Origin: Eledone cirrhosa
Taxonomy: Eukaryota
Direction: 5' to 3'
NCBI GenBank assembly: GCA_964016885.1
Contig: OZ024740.1
Location: forward strand, 55,118,001 to 55,182,000
DNA length: 64,000 bases
The notes beneath the pieces were generated by a model. The model saw nothing but the letters and a program-made list of their open reading frames with translations. It had not been told where the DNA came from and did not search any database. The position numbers and the translations under genes were made by a program. This document shows positions 31,452 to 46,295 of this stretch, piece after piece (the first letter of the stretch is position 1; every line of letters begins with the position of its first letter).

Positions 31452-31735
31452 AAGGACCCCAGCGGTCACTAATGACCATGGGCAAGATTTGTTTTTGTAA
31501 AACCATCAGTCACCCATGCATGCCAGTTTCGCCAGTCCAAGCCACTGATGTTGTCCAAGTGAAAGGCAATGACGGAGATAGATTTGCACCAGTGTGGTCG
31601 CAACTCATTTCTACAGCTGAATAAACTGGAGCAGCCTTAAATGAAATCCTTGCCCAAGACACAAGAAATCACCCGCTCCGAGAATAGAACTCACAACCTC
31701 TCAATTGCAAGCCCAACTCTCTAACCACTGAGTCA
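31452..31735 (-). mobile_element. tRNA-derived SINE of a second family (CORE-like)
   Basis: A-box TGACTCAGTGG and B-box-like GAGTTCTATTC, followed by tgtgtcttgggcaag, which resembles the CORE domain. Confidence 0.7.
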
Positions 31736-31752
31736 TAAAATCATGCACCGGC

Positions 31753-31787
<35 letters not shown>

Positions 31788-31885
31788 CAATATCTATCTC
31801 TTCTTCTTCCCCCTTCCCCCCTGTCTCCTTCTCTGCATATATATATATATGTATATATATAAATATATATATGTATGTATATATA

Positions 31886-32067
<182 letters not shown>

Positions 32068-32279
32068 TATGTATACGCACATGCATGTATGTATACAGAC
32101 GTACAGTAGTATGTATATATATATACATACATGCACACATATATATATGCACGTATGGATTCACCGAATATTTATTATAATGCTCGGTGTGTTTGTAAAC
32201 AAACATCCCGAATTAAGCCCTACAGTGTCTAGCAACCATCGTTGTTCATTTGTTCAACACTGACAAAGGAACGCTGTAC

Positions 32280-32361
<82 letters not shown>

Positions 32362-32775
32362 CATATATACATACATACATACTGCCAACTCCTTTTCGCG
32401 TACGACCACTACTTTATATCCATGTAGGAGAACTCCTACCGATGCGCTGAACAAGTGTGACTTTTTAGTCCAGCCAGCGACTTGAAAACTCTGGTACAAA
32501 CACTACACTTGTGACAATTATTGACACATAGTGCTGGGCCCATGGTACCATTTCACGACAAGTGCAGAGAGATCTCCAGATATAAAGCAACGCTTGTGCC
32601 GTGAAGCTTTTATAGTGAGCAAAGGCACTTCACAAAGCGAGTCCCACTCTCTAACCAAGATGATATTTACCAAAAAGAACAAGTCATCATCATTGGATAC
32701 CATCAGGGTTGCAGGTGATATATCAGAGTTTTCCTTCTCCTAGAATTCTGCCTTGACATACATACGTATATACAT

Positions 32776-35022
32776 GAATCTATTCCTCCAAGATCACTGT
32801 GAAAATAATAACATCATCACAGATGAACGAGCAGCTGGAAAGAAAGGGCTTTGTGGATGTTCTGAACAACTCCTAATCAACAAAATTGCGATGTCGGAGG
32901 TGCGACAACTTAGGAGGAATATGACTACAGTCTGGCTGGGCTACATGAAAGCATTCGATTCTGTTCCCCACTCTTGGATGATAGAGGCCCTCCAACTTGC
33001 TAAAGTCCCAGACATTAGTGTCAGAGCCATAGAGAGGCTGTCTTCTTCTTGGGCTACTATATTAAGGTTAAAGACAGAGGACTCTATTTTCACTGATAAA
33101 ATAAAATATTGCTGGGGTATATTTCAGAGGGACAGTCTCTCTGTGATATTATTCATCTTGTCATTAAACCCCTTGTCCTTTCTGCTCAAGAAATGTGAGG
33201 GATACATCATTGGCTCACAGGAGGACAGAAATACGAACCTAACCCATAATTTCTTTGTGAACGATCTGAAACTCTATGCCAAGAACATGGATGGGATGAA
33301 GAAAATTCTTGACCTGGTTACAACGTTCTCAAATGATATAGGAATGGAGTTTGGTCAAGATAAATGCTCATATATGACTGTAAAGCGGGGAAAAACAACA
33401 ACCTAATCTAGCAACATTGTCATCAATGGCCTAACTGTTTAACCGATATCTGATGAGGTCTGCTACAAATACCTGGGGATAGATGAGAACATATCCTATA
33501 ATGGTATCTGTAATAAAGAACGCGTAACCAGGGAATACTACACCCGATTAAGAAAGATCTGGTCATCGGAACTCTCTGCGCAAAACAAAACAGTGGCTCA
33601 CAATGTGTTTGCTGTGCCTGTCCTAACACCAACGTTTGGAATACTCAATTGGACGATAGACGAAATCCGAGCAGTTGATGTTGAAACTCGAAAAATACTG
33701 AACAACACCGGAAACTTCCACATCAACAGTGATATAGACCGCCTTTACTTGAAACGTAAGCAGGGACGCAGAAGCTTAACATCAGTTCAGACAACATTTG
33801 AATGTCGCATCATATCTCTCCGACATCTACGAACCTCGAAGCGTAGGAGCCTGTTTCTCGAGCAAGTCTATCTGCATGAAACAGATAAGATCATGAGAGT
33901 TGGGAAGGAACTCCTTGAGAGATATTCCCTGTGTGATAATCAAAAACTCACACCCAGGGATGTCGCTCAGCAGTATCGCAGTGAATCCATGGATGAAAAA
34001 CTGCATGCCTATCAGCAAAAAATCATGCATGGATATGTTGCCAGGAAGCTCCAGTGTGAGAGTAATATAGATAAGGAAAGTAGTCTATATTGGACCAACA
34101 ACCGCTATATTGGCTCCCACTTTGAAGGATACGCTTTTGCAATCCAGGAACAGGAGATTAGCACGAAATACCTGATTCACAAAAGAGATAGGGATGCAGG
34201 CAAAACACCTAGATGTGATAACAAGTGCAGATTCTGCAGAACTAACATCGTGGATATCACCCATGTCATCAGCAGCTGTCCAAAGATGTCATCGCGGTAC
34301 TATCTACCTATGAGGCATGATGTAGTGGCCAAAACACTGTACAATGCAGTTCGTAAAAAAGATAGCCCCGATAATAAACACATTAAAAGCTACAACAATG
34401 TACATAATATGAAAGAGTACTGGTGGAATGTTCCAGTGAAAACCCCATTAAAATGCAGGCATAACAGACCAGATATTATGATATGAGACAGAGAGAAGAA
34501 AACATGCACAGTAGTGGAAATTAGCTGCCCAGCAGATGCCAATATAAAATCAAAGATTAGCGAAAAGGAGAATATTTGTGCAGAACTGATGAGAAATATG
34601 CAGATACTCCACCCTGATTACACCTTCAGATTTATGCCTGTGATTATTGGGGCACTGGGGTATGTTAGTAACTGCCTCAATACAAATCTTCAGAAGCTAC
34701 AGGAACAGAAAGAACACAACTAGTTAGGAAACTACAAGTACAATCCATTAATGGAACAGTAAAAATATGTAAAACATTCCAAAAATTTTGCATCTAATAG
34801 TTGCATATACACATGTACAGATACAAAGCATATACACATGCACACATACAACTTAAAACATGCACATCCACCCATACAATAACATCCATATCTACACATG
34901 CATGCATACATAATCTACCTAGTTGATGTTGTGTAAATTCCAATGAGAGAGTCTTGTGTCTATGTTAGAAACCGACTCTCTCTATTGGTAAAACTTTGTG
35001 AAATTATAAAACCAGAAGAATA
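32776..35022 (+). pseudogene. 5'-truncated R4/Dong-clade non-LTR retrotransposon (RT plus restriction-like endonuclease), inactivated
   Basis: ORFs at 32753, 33593 and 34514 share one frame broken by stops (33404, 33440, 34484). RT motifs: KAFDSVPH, GIFQRDSLS, FFVNDLK, YKYLG. Zinc knuckle: CRFC..HVISSC. Also RHD and the RLE motif RPDIMI*D..EISCP..K. (TACA)n tail from ~35022. Confidence 0.9.
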
Positions 35023-35050
35023 TACATACATACATACATACATACATACA

Positions 35051-35085
<35 letters not shown>

Positions 35086-37265
35086 GCATATGAAAACACG
35101 ACGAACGCACACACACAGATATGTATATATATATATGTGTGTGTGTGTATGTGTGTAATAAAAGTGATTTTTGTCGCCCATCCATAAAATACCGGCCTTT
35201 CAGAAGTCCTTTGTGAAGTAATATATAGTCTGTAGAAATATGCATGTATAATGTGTATCTTTAAGCGAAAATTATATGTAGCTGAAACACACTGCTGTTG
35301 ATACGAAGTATAATTAGGGTTCTTTCTCTGTGTCAGACATCTTTTAAACAATATTCAAACTGTAGTTAAGAAAATAGATAATTGTTTGTATTCTTCATGT
35401 TTTCTGTCTTTATTTAGTCATCTTTTTCTTAGAAAATAATACAGGGTTAAACAAAAATAAAATAATGAAACTATAATTTCACCTGAAATATGGTTTGTGC
35501 ATAATATGAACAGTAATTTCTAACTTCTTGTAGGCTTCATTTTCGTTTCTGTTAAACGAATTAACGAATAGAAAAGAAAACTAAATTAGCTAAAACTTCA
35601 GACTAGGCGCCAAACAATGATTCTTTTCGTCTGTTGCATATTGCATGTGACATTTAAACTGATCGTGTGCGATAAGAGAATTTAACGAACATTTACCTTA
35701 GAAATTTTGAAGAGCAATTAAAAATTATTACAGCATGCATATCCTTAGAGGCCACTCACAATGTTTTGTTTATTTGTTTATCACCAGCATGCCACAACGT
35801 ATATTAGTGTATGAAAATGTTTCTGTGAAATAGCTTTGTTGATCTTCATATTGTTTGATTGATCTCAAGAGGAATAATTAGTTCTGGAACAGTATATATT
35901 AGCGTCATAAATGGTAATTTTTTTTCTTTACATAGACGTGGGGAGAAATGAGATTATGATTTTCATGTCTTTCTTAAGGATATTAGCGATTAAGTATAGT
36001 GATCGATTTACTACTGAGTTTAGAAACTAAGTTTTATAAATGCTAATTTCTTATAAATGTAAAATATTACGAAACGTTTAGAGATGGAGAATTAAGATTG
36101 CTCTGTATTCATGGCATTCTCTGAGGCGTTGAATCAAAACAAATATGAAATAAGTTTACTGAGTATTTTATATTCAAACACGACACGACTGCCTAATACT
36201 TTATAAGAAAGAAGAACGTTAAGTAATGTGAAATACCTTGAATTTAGAGAGGAAAAAAAAAGACCACAAATAAAGATTTGTTGGGTCGTCATATCGTCCT
36301 TGGATCTTTTAACAAAACGGGAAAGTAATTTTTTTTCTTTAAGGTTATAGATATTACCCATAATTCTGCAAGTATCTCTAGACTTCTACTAAGTTGCAAT
36401 AAGCATTAGTGGCTGAAGCAGTGTTCGTTAAAATACTTGGTACATTGTCTGAGACGTAGAAAATAACAGCATGGAAGATGAGAAAACAAACTGCTCGCTC
36501 TCTCTGTATCTTAGAGTGGACAATAGGACAATCTCACACGAGGTGGTGTAATTGAGTAAGGTTAAGTTTTAAACGAAAGAGTAATGATCATATGGATTCG
36601 TTTTTAGTATTTTTCATTTTAAGAATTTAGTTCATTTGAAACACTTACATGAATTATCTCCCTTTAATTCTTCAATTTGCCGAAAGTCTCTCCATGAACA
36701 TTAATCTAAAGATATAATGAAGCCAACATATTTTTATTTAAGATATTTGATATCACATTTAAAACTTGACATTAAAAATACTTGAGTTGAAATTTGAAGT
36801 CACTAATAGAAATAAGAGATATCGAATTAATAAAACGAAACAGAATATAAAGATATTTTATTTAAAAGCAATTAAAAGCTGATATTTGCTGGTTAACTCC
36901 AAGGTTTAGAAGGGAGTTCTCTAAATGGAAGTTTGTAAAAATATAACGCATATATTATACCATAATTGTAGTATGGAAAGCACCAAAATCAAAAGAACTG
37001 CACATTAATATTTTCCTTGTTGCAAAAATTATAAATAAGATATTTATACTATTGGACAAATACTTATCTCCATCTTCAAATCCAACGGTGCGAACGAATG
37101 GTAAAAATAGCAGCCAATTTCCTCTAAATCCCCAATCTAAGTTTCTTACAATGTGTTTGACAAAAAGAAAGCCAGAATGGTTATGGATAGAGTTCTGTTG
37201 ATCAGAGTTTGACTTAAGCAGGGCTGAACTTGAATTAAACAACGTCAACCACCAGACAATCATCA

Positions 37266-37406
<141 letters not shown>

Positions 37407-37576
37407 GACACACGTAAACACTTTAAAAAATATTAAGAATAATCATACGCTTGAATACACACATAAATTAACACTGGTCTCATACCTAAGAAACTCATCG
37501 CCTTCATCGTCGTCACTATCATCATCATCATCATCACCACCACCATCACCACCACCACCAATGTCGTTATCATCAT

Positions 37577-37629
<53 letters not shown>

Positions 37630-37630
37630 T

Positions 37631-37679
<49 letters not shown>

Positions 37680-38315
37680 GCCATTACTACTTTCGTTAGC
37701 AAATTTCCATTTTGGTTTATTAGCATTATAGCGTGTGGGCTTCAGAGAGTTATAGATAATTATTAAACTACCGAAATATCCTGAATAACTACATAGTATG
37801 ATACGATAGTGATCGGATTGAAATCCCAGCCAGAGATTTATTCGTCCAGTCGACCAGACATCTGAATTTCATTTTTGTTTCCGAAGCTTTAGATCCGTCT
37901 ATTGCTTCTCAAACATCGTAATGCGAGACAGTAACAAGAGTGATGTTAATGCTATGCATTTTGATTATTAATTATGTGCTAGAAGCGTGACCAGAAAATT
38001 AAACTGTAAATATCATTTTATAGTTCAATACTGCTGCTTGCTGCTGCGATGCGCTGCGCACACTCTCAGAAAATATATAAGGAAATGATATGAATAAATG
38101 CTTCCAATAAATGATGCTATTTCTTGGAAACATCAATTGCTACTCCTGTATCATTATAACGCAGTAATGAAATTAGCATATATCGCTGTATTGACTGGAA
38201 CTGGAATCATCTATGGGATCAGTTCTGACGCCTTTGGTTGCTTAAGTGGTTTATTTCATTTTGCATATCATATGTTAAATATACTTTTAAAGGAAAGAAC
38301 CACAGACAATAAATA

Positions 38316-38913
38316 ATTGTTTCTACTTTAGACACAAGGCCAGCAATTTGAAGGTGAGTGGAAAGTCGATTAAATCGGCCCCAATGCATTACTGGTGCTT
38401 TATTTTATCGTCTCCGGTGGCACTTGAATGTAAAGGGCCGTAACACTAAGCTACACAGCATGCTGTCCGGTGCCCTACCGATACTGCCAGCCCTACACTC
38501 TCAAACGATTCATAATAACAATAATAATTGTTTCTACTTTTGGCACAAGGCCAGCAATTATCCCAGTGCATTACTGGTACTTTATTTTATCGACCCAGTA
38601 AGGATGAAAAGCGAAGTTAACCTCGGCGGGATTTGAACTCAGATCGTAAAGGGCCGTATCTCCATGCTGCAAAGCATGGCGTCCGACCCTCTTCCGATAC
38701 TGCCAATGGTTTGGGAACATAGGCACAGGGCCAACAATTTGGGGGTGGGTAAAGCTGATTAAATTGACCCCAGTGCGTTACGTTGTACTTTATTTTATTG
38801 ATTCCGGTGGGATGAAAGGCCTAGCTAACTATGGCAGTATTTGAACTCAGGAAGTAAAAGGAGGTAACTATTATGCTGCAACACATGTTGTCCGACCCTC
38901 TACCAATACTGCT
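38316..38913 (-). mobile_element. Three head-to-tail main-family SINE copies (~38316-38497, ~38527-38706, ~38720-38913)
   Basis: Each shows the 3' end (cacaaggccagcaat-like on plus), the central tttattttatcg segment, and the 5' ccgatactgcc-like segment. Confidence 0.85.
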
Positions 38914-39137
38914 AATTAATACTAAAGAAGAAGAAGAAGAAGAAGAAGAAGAAGAAGAAGAAGAAGAAGAAGAAGAAGAAGAAGAAGAAGAGAAGAAGAA
39001 GAAGAAGAAGAAGAAGAAGAAGAGGGATGGGGGGGAGAAGAAGAAGAAGAAGAAGAAGAAGAAGAAGAAGAAGAAGAAGAAGAAGAAGAGAAGAAGAAGA
39101 AGAAGAGGAGGGAGGGGGGAGAATAATAATAATAATA

Positions 39138-39207
<70 letters not shown>

Positions 39208-40284
39208 AAGAAGAAGAAGAAGAAGAAGAGGGAGGGGAGAAGAAGAAGAAGAAGAAGAAGAAGAAGAAGAAGAAGAAGAAGAAGAAGAAGAAGAAGAAGA
39301 AGAAGATTGTACTTGGAAGAAAATTTATCAGTGTTTAAAACGACAAGCAAATTCGTTCACAAGGAAGATGAAATAACTGGAAGAACTAAATCTTCATATT
39401 TTCTTCTTTAGCTTAAAATATGCAAAGAGATCCTAAACTAAAGCGTTTTCACTATCAAAGGATGAACATACTGCAAGTATTTTATGCTTTAAATTATATT
39501 TAACCATTCATTTTTCGAGGCATGTAAGTGAATGAGAAAGGAAGAAAATCTGTCATATAATACTTGCTTGCCTTTATCTTTTCTTCTTTCTCCCCTCCAC
39601 TTTTTTGTTCTTTTGTCATATACTTCACAATTTTTACTGGAAATAATTGGTGCTATATAAGAAAAGAGGGACAAAGTGGAAACAAAGATTATGAGGAATA
39701 AAGATTATCTCTTAAGGTAATCTGTCCACCTATTTTTGCTTTCATTCTTTTGTTCGATACACACCATGTGATAAGCCTTCAAAGTAAGCATAATTATAGG
39801 TAAGTGGTTATATTGGCCTGTTAAAACTCAAGCTTACAGGTAACAATACTTCATAGCTTTACAAGCAATGTTCACAGCGGCCCCATGAGAATGACCTCCC
39901 TTTGGTATAGTATCCATAGTTATTTTCAAATAGTAGAAATCATACTACCAGATTCAGATTGAAGCTCAAATATTAGATACGAACATTTAATATTCAGGGA
40001 GGTATGGATCAGAGTACGAAAAAACAAATGAATAATGATTATAATGTGACATGTATATACACATGACTATATACACATGACTATAAACATATTCATTTAT
40101 AAAAGTATATACAAAAAAACAAACCTCATGTACATATGTATCAATATATATATATGTGTGTGTGTGTGTTTAGATGGCACCTATGTGTATGTAAACACAT
40201 ATGTGTATGTATACACATACTTAATATGTAGGCATATAAATAAGCCAGAAATTACGATTTCTCCTGTCAATTGAAAAAAAATCG

Positions 40285-40326
40285 ATTTGTCTATTTTCGG
40301 ACCTATTTGGGCCCTCATCAGAATAC
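40285..40326 (-). ncRNA. Degenerate hammerhead motif
   Basis: CTGATGA GGGCCC-AAAT-AGGTCC GAAA ATAG AC. The core is intact, but the cleavage triplet and stem I are imperfect. Confidence 0.5.
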
Positions 40327-40505
40327 GTGTATACCATTAATTAGGATATATATGAAGAAGTGTGATAGCATCCGAACCGAACGATATTAAATATATGTAT
40401 ATTCATATACAGATTAGTGCAGTCTCGGTTGTACACTCAGTATATCTACAGATTAATCATACATTTCGTCTGCTAGTGCATGTCTGATATATATATATAT
40501 ATATA

Positions 40506-40915
40506 TACGATATTAATAAATGGAAACTATATTTATAGAACCATATTTATTTCATTATACATATTTCAGGGATACCAAATTAAATTATGGTATGCCTTCA
40601 TCAGACAAAATACAATATATAACAGTTTTACAAATAAGCTTTGACGTACCCTATTAAAATGCATCCATTGTTTTTGGAAGTCCTTAATAGGGTACGTCAA
40701 AGCTTATTGTAAAACTGTTATATATTGTATTTTGTCTGAAGAAGGCATAGCATAATTTAATTTGGTATCCCTGAAATATGTATAATGAAATAAATATGGT
40801 TTTATAAATATAGTTTCCATTTATTAATATCGTATATCTACTCCAAATACTTGTCGAGTGCTTTATATCAGTTATAAAAATATTTACTTGTTGTATCCCA
40901 ACAATTTTAAATAGA
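40506..40915 (+). mobile_element. Fold-back element family B with a hammerhead core in both arms
   Basis: Arms at ~40506-40657 and ~40684-40834. CTGAAGA (40736)...stem II...GAAA (40773) TATGTA. The mirror copy has CTGATGA at 40604-40598 with stem AGGCATACCA/TGGTATCCCT. Confidence 0.8.
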
Positions 40916-41045
40916 ACTTTTGCAGTGGATTGGCAGTATCTATATATATATATAGTAATAATAATAAGTTTGAAGACTAAAATCCAAAGAGGGCTCGATA
41001 AGGATAAATATATATAAAATATATAAGAACCGTAGAGCAAATATT

Positions 41046-41750
41046 TATTAAAATAACAGATTAAAGTTTAAGCAAAGAATCGCTGTTTTTACCCTTAACG
41101 GGATCTTCTGAAACTAACAAAGTCAATCTGTAAACGCAGAAGTGAATATTTCAAAAAACGTTTCAACCGGAGGACGACAGGAAGACGATACTTTGGTTCG
41201 TGGAAACGTTCCCTGGCAAAGAACGGGAAAAAACGAATATAATACATCATTATTTGGAGCGGTGAAAAACAATTACACGCAAAGACAAAACCACGTTTCA
41301 ATTACATCTGTATTTTATTTACTTTATTCTTAACTCTGAAGCTGAGAATCATTCGGTTTCTTAGTTAGAATTTTAATCTACGACTTCAGTTATACCATTT
41401 ACGTGATTTTGTCTTTGCGTGCAATTGTTCTCCTCGCTACACATATGACGTATTATCTTCGTTTTTTTCGTTCATTGCCAGAGTCTATGAACCACCTAAA
41501 CGTGGTTTTGTCTTTGCGTGTAATTGTTTTTCACCGCTCCAAAAAATGACGTATTATATTCGTTTTTTCCCGTTCTTTGCCAGGGAACGTTTCCACGAAC
41601 CAAGTATCGTCTTCCTGTCTTCCTCCGGTTTCAACGTTTTTTGAAATATTCACTTCTGCGTTTTCAGATTGACTTTGTTAGTTTCAGAAGATCCCGTTAA
41701 GGGTGAAAGCAGCGATTATATTTGCTTAAACTTTAATCTGTTATTTTAAT
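41046..41750. mobile_element. Inverted-repeat element with ~250 bp arms and an internal diverged partial direct copy
   Basis: 41046-41298 is the reverse complement of 41498-41750. 41401-41482 is a diverged direct copy of 41500-41583. Degenerate CAGAAGA TCCC-GTTAA-GGGT GAAA at 41685-41708. Confidence 0.8.
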
Positions 41751-41859
41751 ATATATATATATATATAACGACGGAAATGTGGTAAGGAACCAGGTGGACC
41801 ATAACACACCAAAGTACTCAATACTTAGGGTAGTAGAGTGGGTAATAGGAACGAGTAGG

Positions 41860-41956
41860 ACCCCGACGGCTGAGCTCAAGCCGTTTCGACGGCTAATTCT
41901 GGACTAAAGGAAAATTTTTTATCCTGGTATATGAATAGCCGAGCTTCTCAGGGGGT
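41860..41956 (-). ncRNA. Type I hammerhead with long stems II and III, in the longest family-A copy (41767 to ~42190)
   Basis: ACCCC / CTGAGAA / CGGCTATTC...GAATTAGCCG / GAA ACGGCT-TGAGCTC-AGCCGT C / GGGGT. GUC cleavage triplet; one core deviation at position 7-8. Confidence 0.7.
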
Positions 41957-42689
41957 AATTCCATATATGGTAAAAGTGATTGTCACAAGGATTGGTCAAA
42001 AGTTTGTTGTTGAGACACATAATTCTATCATGGCAATTTGTGGAAGGAATGGGTAGCTGAACCTCCCAGTAAAAGAAAGAGGGAGAGGGAGTGGAGGAAA
42101 CCCAGTCGTGCGTTGATAGTGCCAACTACAGCAGGATCCTAAGAGCAGGAGGTCAAGCAAGTATACTAGGAAGGGGGAGGGGGAAGAAGTCGAAACAATA
42201 AGTAAATCAATATGGAGTAAATATATAGAAGAATACCAAGAATATTAAAAATATAATAAAACAATTTCTAGTTACTATTCCCTAACCACAATCATCAAGT
42301 CTCTCACTGGTACTGCTAAACTATAGAAAAGTTTATTAGATGGGACGGAATTGTAGTGGGACAATTTTATGAGTTAGTAGTAATCAACGGAGTATATCTT
42401 ACAGTGACAGGTCAACAAGTGTGGGGGGGGGGGGGGCAAAATACTAAAGAAACTACCACGAAATAATAATTCAGAGTCCCGAAACTAATACGAAATAATT
42501 GTTTCTACTTTAGGCACAAGGCCAGCAATTACCCAGTGCAAAACATAAACTAATACGAAATAATAATTCAGAATCCCGAAAATGAATACTAATACTATCT
42601 CTAAGGGTGCCGCAACGATACAAAAATTATAGTACAAACTACATAAATGCTCGTACGATATATATGAAAGATTTGATACGGATAGAGGT

Positions 42690-43250
42690 CATATTTAATT
42701 TGTTGGGATACAACAAGCAAAATATTTTTATAACTGATATAAAGCACTCAACAAATTATTGGAGTAAATATACAATATATTAACAAATGGAAACTATATT
42801 TATATCATTATACATATTTCAAGAACCACCAAGGCCAACTATGGTGCGCTTTATCAGATAAAATATAATATAGGTTAGTTTTATAAATAAATATTGTCAA
42901 TATTTATTTATAAATATATGTCAATATTTATTTATAAAACTAACCTATATTATATTTTATTGGCAGTATCGGTAGAGAGTCGGACGCCTTGCTTTGAAGC
43001 ATAGAGTTACGTCCCTTTATGATCTGAGTTCAAATCCCGCCGAGGTTAACTTTGCCTTTCATCCTTACGGGGTCGATAAAATGAAGTGCCAGTAATGTAC
43101 TGGGTAATTGCTGACCTTGTGCCAAAAGTAGAAACAATTATATTTTATCTGATGAAAGCGCACCATAGTTTGGCTTGGTGGCCCTTGAAATATGTATAAT
43201 GAAATAAATATGGTTTTATAAATATAGTTTCCATTTGTTAATATATTGTA
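42690..43250 (-). mobile_element. Second family-B fold-back element, with its right arm interrupted by a SINE
   Basis: 42690-42860 matches the reverse complement of 40730-40915. The right arm has CTGATGA (43149)...GCACCA/TGGTG...GAAA (43187). Confidence 0.8.
42961..43136 (+). mobile_element. Main-family SINE with 12 bp TSD attatattttat
   Basis: TSD at 42949-42960 and 43137-43148. A-box, B-box and central domain as at 23304. Confidence 0.92.
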
Positions 43251-43821
43251 TATATATATATATATATATACACCACGCAGTATACTTCTTTCTTCTCATG
43301 TTTTTTATATATATTCACCTCGGCTGCGTTTGTCTGTTTCTCTCTTACTGCTTCCCCGTTCTCTCTGTTTCTCTCACCTTCTTTCGCCCCCTCTGTCAGT
43401 TACACTTTCTCTCGACTGACCGCTTCCTCGCACTTCCACTCACTCACTCTCTGTTTCTCCCCTTCTCACTTCCTCCCGTTTGGCTAACAGTGGGCCTCTT
43501 CTTGCTTATATCTCACTCACGTCGGACGTCTGTACCTTTCGCTCATGAAATCCACCCAGCATATGCTGACCAGGACTACCATGTTGCTTGTTTATTTCCT
43601 TTCTTTGGTTTGCGTTTATCCTTTTATGCTGTTCACTTGTCCCCCTCGCTTTACGCCATTTACTGGTCCCAATAACTTTTTTTAGTTATTGCTCGCACCA
43701 ACCTGAGGTATCTGATTTTTAATGCGATGAAATACCAATGATGGTTGGTAAATCACTAACGAAGGACTATTTTTATCATACGTAACCTATGTGCAACCAC
43801 GCAGTATTCTTCTTTCTTCTC

Positions 43822-43872
<51 letters not shown>

Positions 43873-44207
43873 GTGTGTGTATGTATCTGTGTGAGTATGT
43901 GTATGTATATATGAAATCGTGTATAGGGTGTGTTTGTGGTTATAAGGGTGTAGATATAAAGATCGATAGATAGATAAAGATATTCACCTTTTAGCCAAAT
44001 CTTATTATTCGTTATAAATTTGCCTTTTAACCTGAGAAATGGATTAATTACTAAAGTAAGCAATCATGCCTTTGTTGATTTTTCTCCCAGCTATACGTTG
44101 TCTGTGTAATTTCTCTAAATTTTGCTGAATGAACCATCTGCCTTCCGATATTGATGTGTCAGAGAAGAATGTACCATAGGAGAGAGAGGGAGAGAGAGGG
44201 AGAGAGT

Positions 44208-44289
<82 letters not shown>

Positions 44290-44381
44290 TAGAAAATGAT
44301 GTGTAGCGTGGTAGAGAGAATGAAAGTGTGGACTATAGATAAGCATACGTGTCTTTTACTCTGTATGTGTATGTGTAGGAG

Positions 44382-44483
<102 letters not shown>

Positions 44484-44559
44484 AATGTATGTATAATATA
44501 TATATGTATATATATATATATACACATATATATATAAATATATATATACATATATACAC

Positions 44560-44594
<35 letters not shown>

Positions 44595-44607
44595 CGTGTG
44601 TGTTTGT

Positions 44608-44713
<106 letters not shown>

Positions 44714-45033
44714 AATACATGAAAAAACAAAACAGTACCATTGAACAGTACATTAAAATAATGGTTTATTGTTGTGATGTTTGAAAGCAGATATAAATAT
44801 AGGTTAACGTTTCGGACGTTAGATATACATCGGATGAACGATGCGGAGGCAGAGGAAAGGAAAGAAATGTAAAACGAGGATAAAAGCAACAGAGTAGAAA
44901 GCACGCGCAATTGTGAGTCAGCCATCTTGCAATATGCACACGCCCGATCGCGCGCGCACACACACCCACAAATAAATATATATGCGTGTGTGTGTGTATA
45001 AATAGTTATTCATACATACATATGTATGTATAC

Positions 45034-45114
<81 letters not shown>

Positions 45115-45180
45115 CATATATATATATATATAAACAAATGTTTATATACAGGTATATATATATTTGTGTGTGTGTGTGTA

Positions 45181-45226
<46 letters not shown>

Positions 45227-45818
45227 CATATGTATGTATGTATATATATATGTGTGTATGTATGTATGTATTTATTCGTATACGTATGGAAGGAGTGATA
45301 TGTGTATATATGTAAAATACTTAGAGATTTAGAAAGATACATACACAATAGTATGTATGGAGTGAACTAGCTAAGAAAAAGACAAATAGAAAGTGAGAAT
45401 AATGAAAAATGGCAGAGAGAGAAAGTAAAGGGTATAAGCGAAAGGTAGTAAGAGTGAGAGAGGTGATGGAAGTCTGATAAAATTGTTTATGTTGTTACTG
45501 CTGTAATTATTTCTTATTTCCCTGAAGATCAATCATTTTGTAATGTTATGTCTTTCATAAATAAATTAAATAAATATAGGTGAAGAGAACAGTCGAATAA
45601 GGAAACTAACAAATACACACACACACACAGAGACACACACAGACACACACACACACACAGACACACACACACACACACGCATACACACACACACACACAC
45701 ACACACACAATCAACCACGTATTCTGACGTCCGCGTCGTCTATGTAACGTACACACATAGACACAGCGTGTTTGTGTGCCTGTGTATGTGAGCATGTGAT
45801 ATGTATATATATATATAT

Positions 45819-46263
<445 letters not shown>

Positions 46264-46264
46264 C

Positions 46265-46295
<31 letters not shown>

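Noticed and set aside
34484-34486. In-frame TGA in the RLE domain as possible selenocysteine or readthrough
   Set aside because: It falls where Trp is expected (PDIMI-W-D), and the copy also has TAA stops and a D>N change in the RT catalytic motif. This is ordinary decay.
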